NCBI GenBank assembly: GCA_919901745.1
Contig: CAKKPP010000004.1
Span: 121,818-185,817, forward strand
Source of the DNA: Chloroflexota bacterium
GTDB taxonomy: Bacteria > Chloroflexota > Limnocylindria > Limnocylindrales > CSP1-4
Length of the DNA stretch: 64,000 nucleotides
Direction: 5' to 3'
The notes beneath the pieces were generated by a model that worked only from the letters and a program-made list of their open reading frames with translations, was not told the origin of the DNA and made no database searches. The position numbers were made by a program, and so were the translations under genes. Of the stretch, positions 61,534-64,000 are shown piece after piece; position 1 is the first letter of the stretch, and each line of letters opens with the position of its first letter.

Positions 61534-62543
61534 TTGGGCTGGTCCGTGGTGAGCGCCGCCAGCAGCTGGTCGGCGGCCGCGTAGGGATCGAGGCGGTGGT
61601 CGGCGACGTCGGCCAGGACCGCGTCGCTCGTGGCACGCAGGCCGTCCGATGCCAGCCGTTCGCGCAGGCGTTCGGCGACAACAGCCCAGACCTGCGCCTC
61701 GGCGCGCGCCCGTCGCGCGGCCGGGGCTGCCGCGTCACGGGTGATCGCGCGATGCCGATCGAGCGCGGCGAGCAGTTCCGGTACGCCGGCCCCGGTCGAT
61801 GCCGTGGTCACGAGGACCACGGGCTGCTTGGGTCGCGGCCGATCACCCGCGGCTCGCTTGTCCCCGGCGCGCGGCGCGGCAACGAGCATGGCTCGAAGCT
61901 GCGACGCCGTGCGCAATGCCCCGGGTCGGTCGCCCTTGTTGACGACGACCAGGTCGGCCACCTCCAGCAGCCCCGCCTTGATGGCCTGGACCTCATCCCC
62001 CATCTCCGGGGCCTCGAGGACGACCGTGGTGTCGGCGGCCGCCGCGACCTCGACCTCGCTCTGCCCGGTCCCCACGGTCTCGATGAGGATCAGGTCGAAC
62101 CCGGCGGCATCCATGACGGCGGCCGCGGCGCTGGACGTCGACGCCAGTCCCCCGGCGTGACCGCGGGCCGCCATCGAGCGGATGAAGACGTCGTTGTCCC
62201 CGGCGTGGATCTGCATCCGGACACGGTCACCGAGGAGCGCCCCGCCGGTGATCGGGCTCGAGGGGTCCACGGCGATGACGCCGACCGTCCGGCCGGCCTC
62301 CCGGGCCACCGACGTCAGTGATGCGACGAGCGTGCTCTTGCCCGAGCCGGGCGGTCCGGTGATGCCCACGACGTGGGCGCGGCCGGCCAGCGGATACAGG
62401 CGGCGGAGCGCGGACTCCGCGGTCGGGGTGCGGTTCTCGACGGCGGTCAGGAGCCGGGCCAGGGCTCGGCGGTCACCGGCGAGCGCGGCGTCGACCAGTC
62501 CTTCGGCGCCACCGATCCCGGGGTTGTTGTCCGGGGACCCCAC
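61530..62543 (-). CDS. meaB: Methylmalonyl-CoA mutase-associated GTPase
   Basis: GPPGSGKST, VDPSSPITGGALLGDRVRM, ETVGTGQSE, NKGD; likely GTG 62543. Confidence 0.93.
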   Translation of the reverse strand: MGSPDNNPGIGGAEGLVDAALAGDRRALARLLTAVENRTPTAESALRRLYPLAGRAHVVGITGPPGSGKSTLVASLTSVAREAGRTVGVIAVDPSSPITGGALLGDRVRMQIHAGDNDVFIRSMAARGHAGGLASTSSAAAAVMDAAGFDLILIETVGTGQSEVEVAAAADTTVVLEAPEMGDEVQAIKAGLLEVADLVVVNKGDRPGALRTASQLRAMLVAAPRAGDKRAAGDRPRPKQPVVLVTTASTGAGVPELLAALDRHRAITRDAAAPAARRARAEAQVWAVVAERLRERLASDGLRATSDAVLADVADHRLDPYAAADQLLAALTTDQPK

Positions 62544-62544
62544 C

Positions 62545-62949
62545 CTACCCCCGGTGTCGGGCGTTGGCCCGCACGAAATCGGCGACCTCGGCGATCGTCG
62601 TCCCCGGCCCGAACACGGCCGCGACACCGGCCGCCTTGAGGGCGGGGACGTCGTCGTCCGGGATGATCCCGCCCACGGTCACGAGGATGTCGTCGAGTCC
62701 CGCCTCTCCGAGCAGACGGCAGATCTTGGGAACCAGGGTCATGTGGGCCCCCGACAGGATCGACAGCCCGACGACGTCGACGTCTTCCTGGAGGGCCGCG
62801 GTCGCCACCATCTCGGGCGTTTGACGGAGCCCGGTGTAGACGACCTCGAAGCCCTCGTCGCGCAGGCCCCGCGCCAGCACCTTGGCGCCGCGGTCGTGGC
62901 CGTCAAGGCCCGGTTTGGCGATGAGGACCTTGAGGGGGCGATCGGTCAT
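62545..62949 (-). CDS. Acyl-CoA mutase small subunit (cobalamin-binding)
   Basis: [10 protein letters not shown] (DxHxxG), SILSGAH, GGIIP, FGPGT. Confidence 0.93.
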   Translation of the reverse strand: MTDRPLKVLIAKPGLDGHDRGAKVLARGLRDEGFEVVYTGLRQTPEMVATAALQEDVDVVGLSILSGAHMTLVPKICRLLGEAGLDDILVTVGGIIPDDDVPALKAAGVAAVFGPGTTIAEVADFVRANARHRG

Positions 62950-62967
62950 GCGGGGATTGTAGGGTCC

Positions 62968-63669
62968 CTACGCTCGCGGGGCGGGTCGTTCGAGGTGGGC
63001 GAAGAACTCGGCCCGGGTCCGGTCTCGGGTCCGGAAGAGGCCAAGGACCGCGCTCGTGGTCATCACGGTCCCCGGCTTGCGAATTCCGCGCATGACCGCG
63101 CACAGGTGGGTGGCCTCGACCACGACGCCCACCCCCTGGGGGTTGAGCCGCTCCATGAGGAACGATGCGATCTGCTGGGTAAGGCGCTCCTGGACCTGGA
63201 GGCGACGCCCGTACATCTCGACGATCCGCGGGATCTTCGAGAGCCCGATGACCCGACCCTTCGGGATGTAGGCGACGGCGGCCGTCCCGAAGAACGGCAG
63301 CAGGTGGTGCTCGCACAACGAGTAGAACGGGATGTCCTTTACGACCACCATCTCCGAGTAGTCGACATCGAAGACCGCGCCGTTCAGGAGGCGATCCGGA
63401 TCGACGTGATAGCCGGCGGTCAGCTCGGCGTACATCCGATGGACGCGATCCGGCGTGCCGACGAGCCCCTGGCGATCGGGGTTCTCACCGATCTCCGTCA
63501 GGATCTCGCGGACGGCGGACTCGACACGGCCGTTCGTCTCGCGATCGCGACCGAGGTGGCCCTCGATCACGTCGCTCGGTCCGATCGAACCAGGGCCGTC
63601 GCCGATCTCGGTCTCGATCTCCTCGACGATCCTTCGCACGTGATCAGGGAGCTGGATCTGGTCGGTCAC
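62968..63669 (-). CDS. folE: GTP cyclohydrolase I
   Basis: [31 protein letters not shown]. Confidence 0.96.
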   Translation of the reverse strand: MTDQIQLPDHVRRIVEEIETEIGDGPGSIGPSDVIEGHLGRDRETNGRVESAVREILTEIGENPDRQGLVGTPDRVHRMYAELTAGYHVDPDRLLNGAVFDVDYSEMVVVKDIPFYSLCEHHLLPFFGTAAVAYIPKGRVIGLSKIPRIVEMYGRRLQVQERLTQQIASFLMERLNPQGVGVVVEATHLCAVMRGIRKPGTVMTTSAVLGLFRTRDRTRAEFFAHLERPAPRA

Positions 63670-63743
63670 TGGACTGGTTCACCCCGCGGCGTGTGCGCAT
63701 TCGGAGCCCGATGGTACGACGAGCTCGTCGGACGCGCCTTCGT

Positions 63744-63998
63744 TCAGCCCGCGCCGGGCAGATGGTCGAACGGTCGCCCCTCGACCCCGCGCAGCCACGC
63801 GCGCGCATTGGCCCCGAGCGTGGGCCGGTGATAGCCGCCCTCCTGGAGGATGACGAGGCGTCGTCCGGTGGCCGCGACCCGGCGCCCGATCTCGTGATAG
63901 ACGGGTGTGCTGAGTGCAAAGTCGCCGATGGGATCCTCGGCGTACGTGTCGAAGCCGAGGGAAACAACGATGACCGAGCCCGGTCGCGCCACGATCGC
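63744..63998 (-). CDS. Histone deacetylase / acetylpolyamine amidohydrolase family (5' end outside window)
   Basis: VSLGFDTYAEDPIGDF and LQEGGY motifs. Confidence 0.85.
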   Translation of the reverse strand, partial: AIVARPGSVIVVSLGFDTYAEDPIGDFALSTPVYHEIGRRVAATGRRLVILQEGGYHRPTLGANARAWLRGVEGRPFDHLPGAG

Positions 63999-64000
63999 GT

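Overview
A very GC-rich bacterial chromosomal window with about 52 CDS and one tRNA-Lys(CTT). Gene content and style suggest a soil or sediment Chloroflexota lineage (for example Limnocylindria) or an actinobacterium; this is inference only. No integrase, transposase or CRISPR array was seen. The dominant feature is a 17-kb minus-strand molybdenum-hydroxylase region. It holds a form II-type cox set (S-L-M order, AYRGAGR motif), accessory genes (MoeA-like, coxD, coxE, xdhC, and a MocA-methyltransferase fusion), and a true form I Mo-Cu CO dehydrogenase (M-S-L order, AYRCSFR motif) followed by an XdhC-YHS fusion and coxG. Two cis-regulatory RNA architectures can be read directly from the sequence. 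The first is a promoter, 27-aa leader peptide and mutually exclusive antiterminator/terminator in front of an ABC exporter, soluble FtsH-like protein, RsgA and GNAT gene run. The second is a carAB leader with two identical tandem PyrR-type hairpins closed by a stem that hides the Shine-Dalgarno of a 22-codon uORF coupled to carA. Other content: a two-component system with a CTTAC-N6-CTTAC repeat also found upstream of an exported gene pair in the cox region, several apparently leaderless genes, a MetE-like protein lacking zinc ligands, ECF sigma modules, an M16 peptidase pair, CopC, and acyl-CoA/B12-mutase genes. Start codons were refined by eye and product calls rest on motif recognition; no database searches were run.
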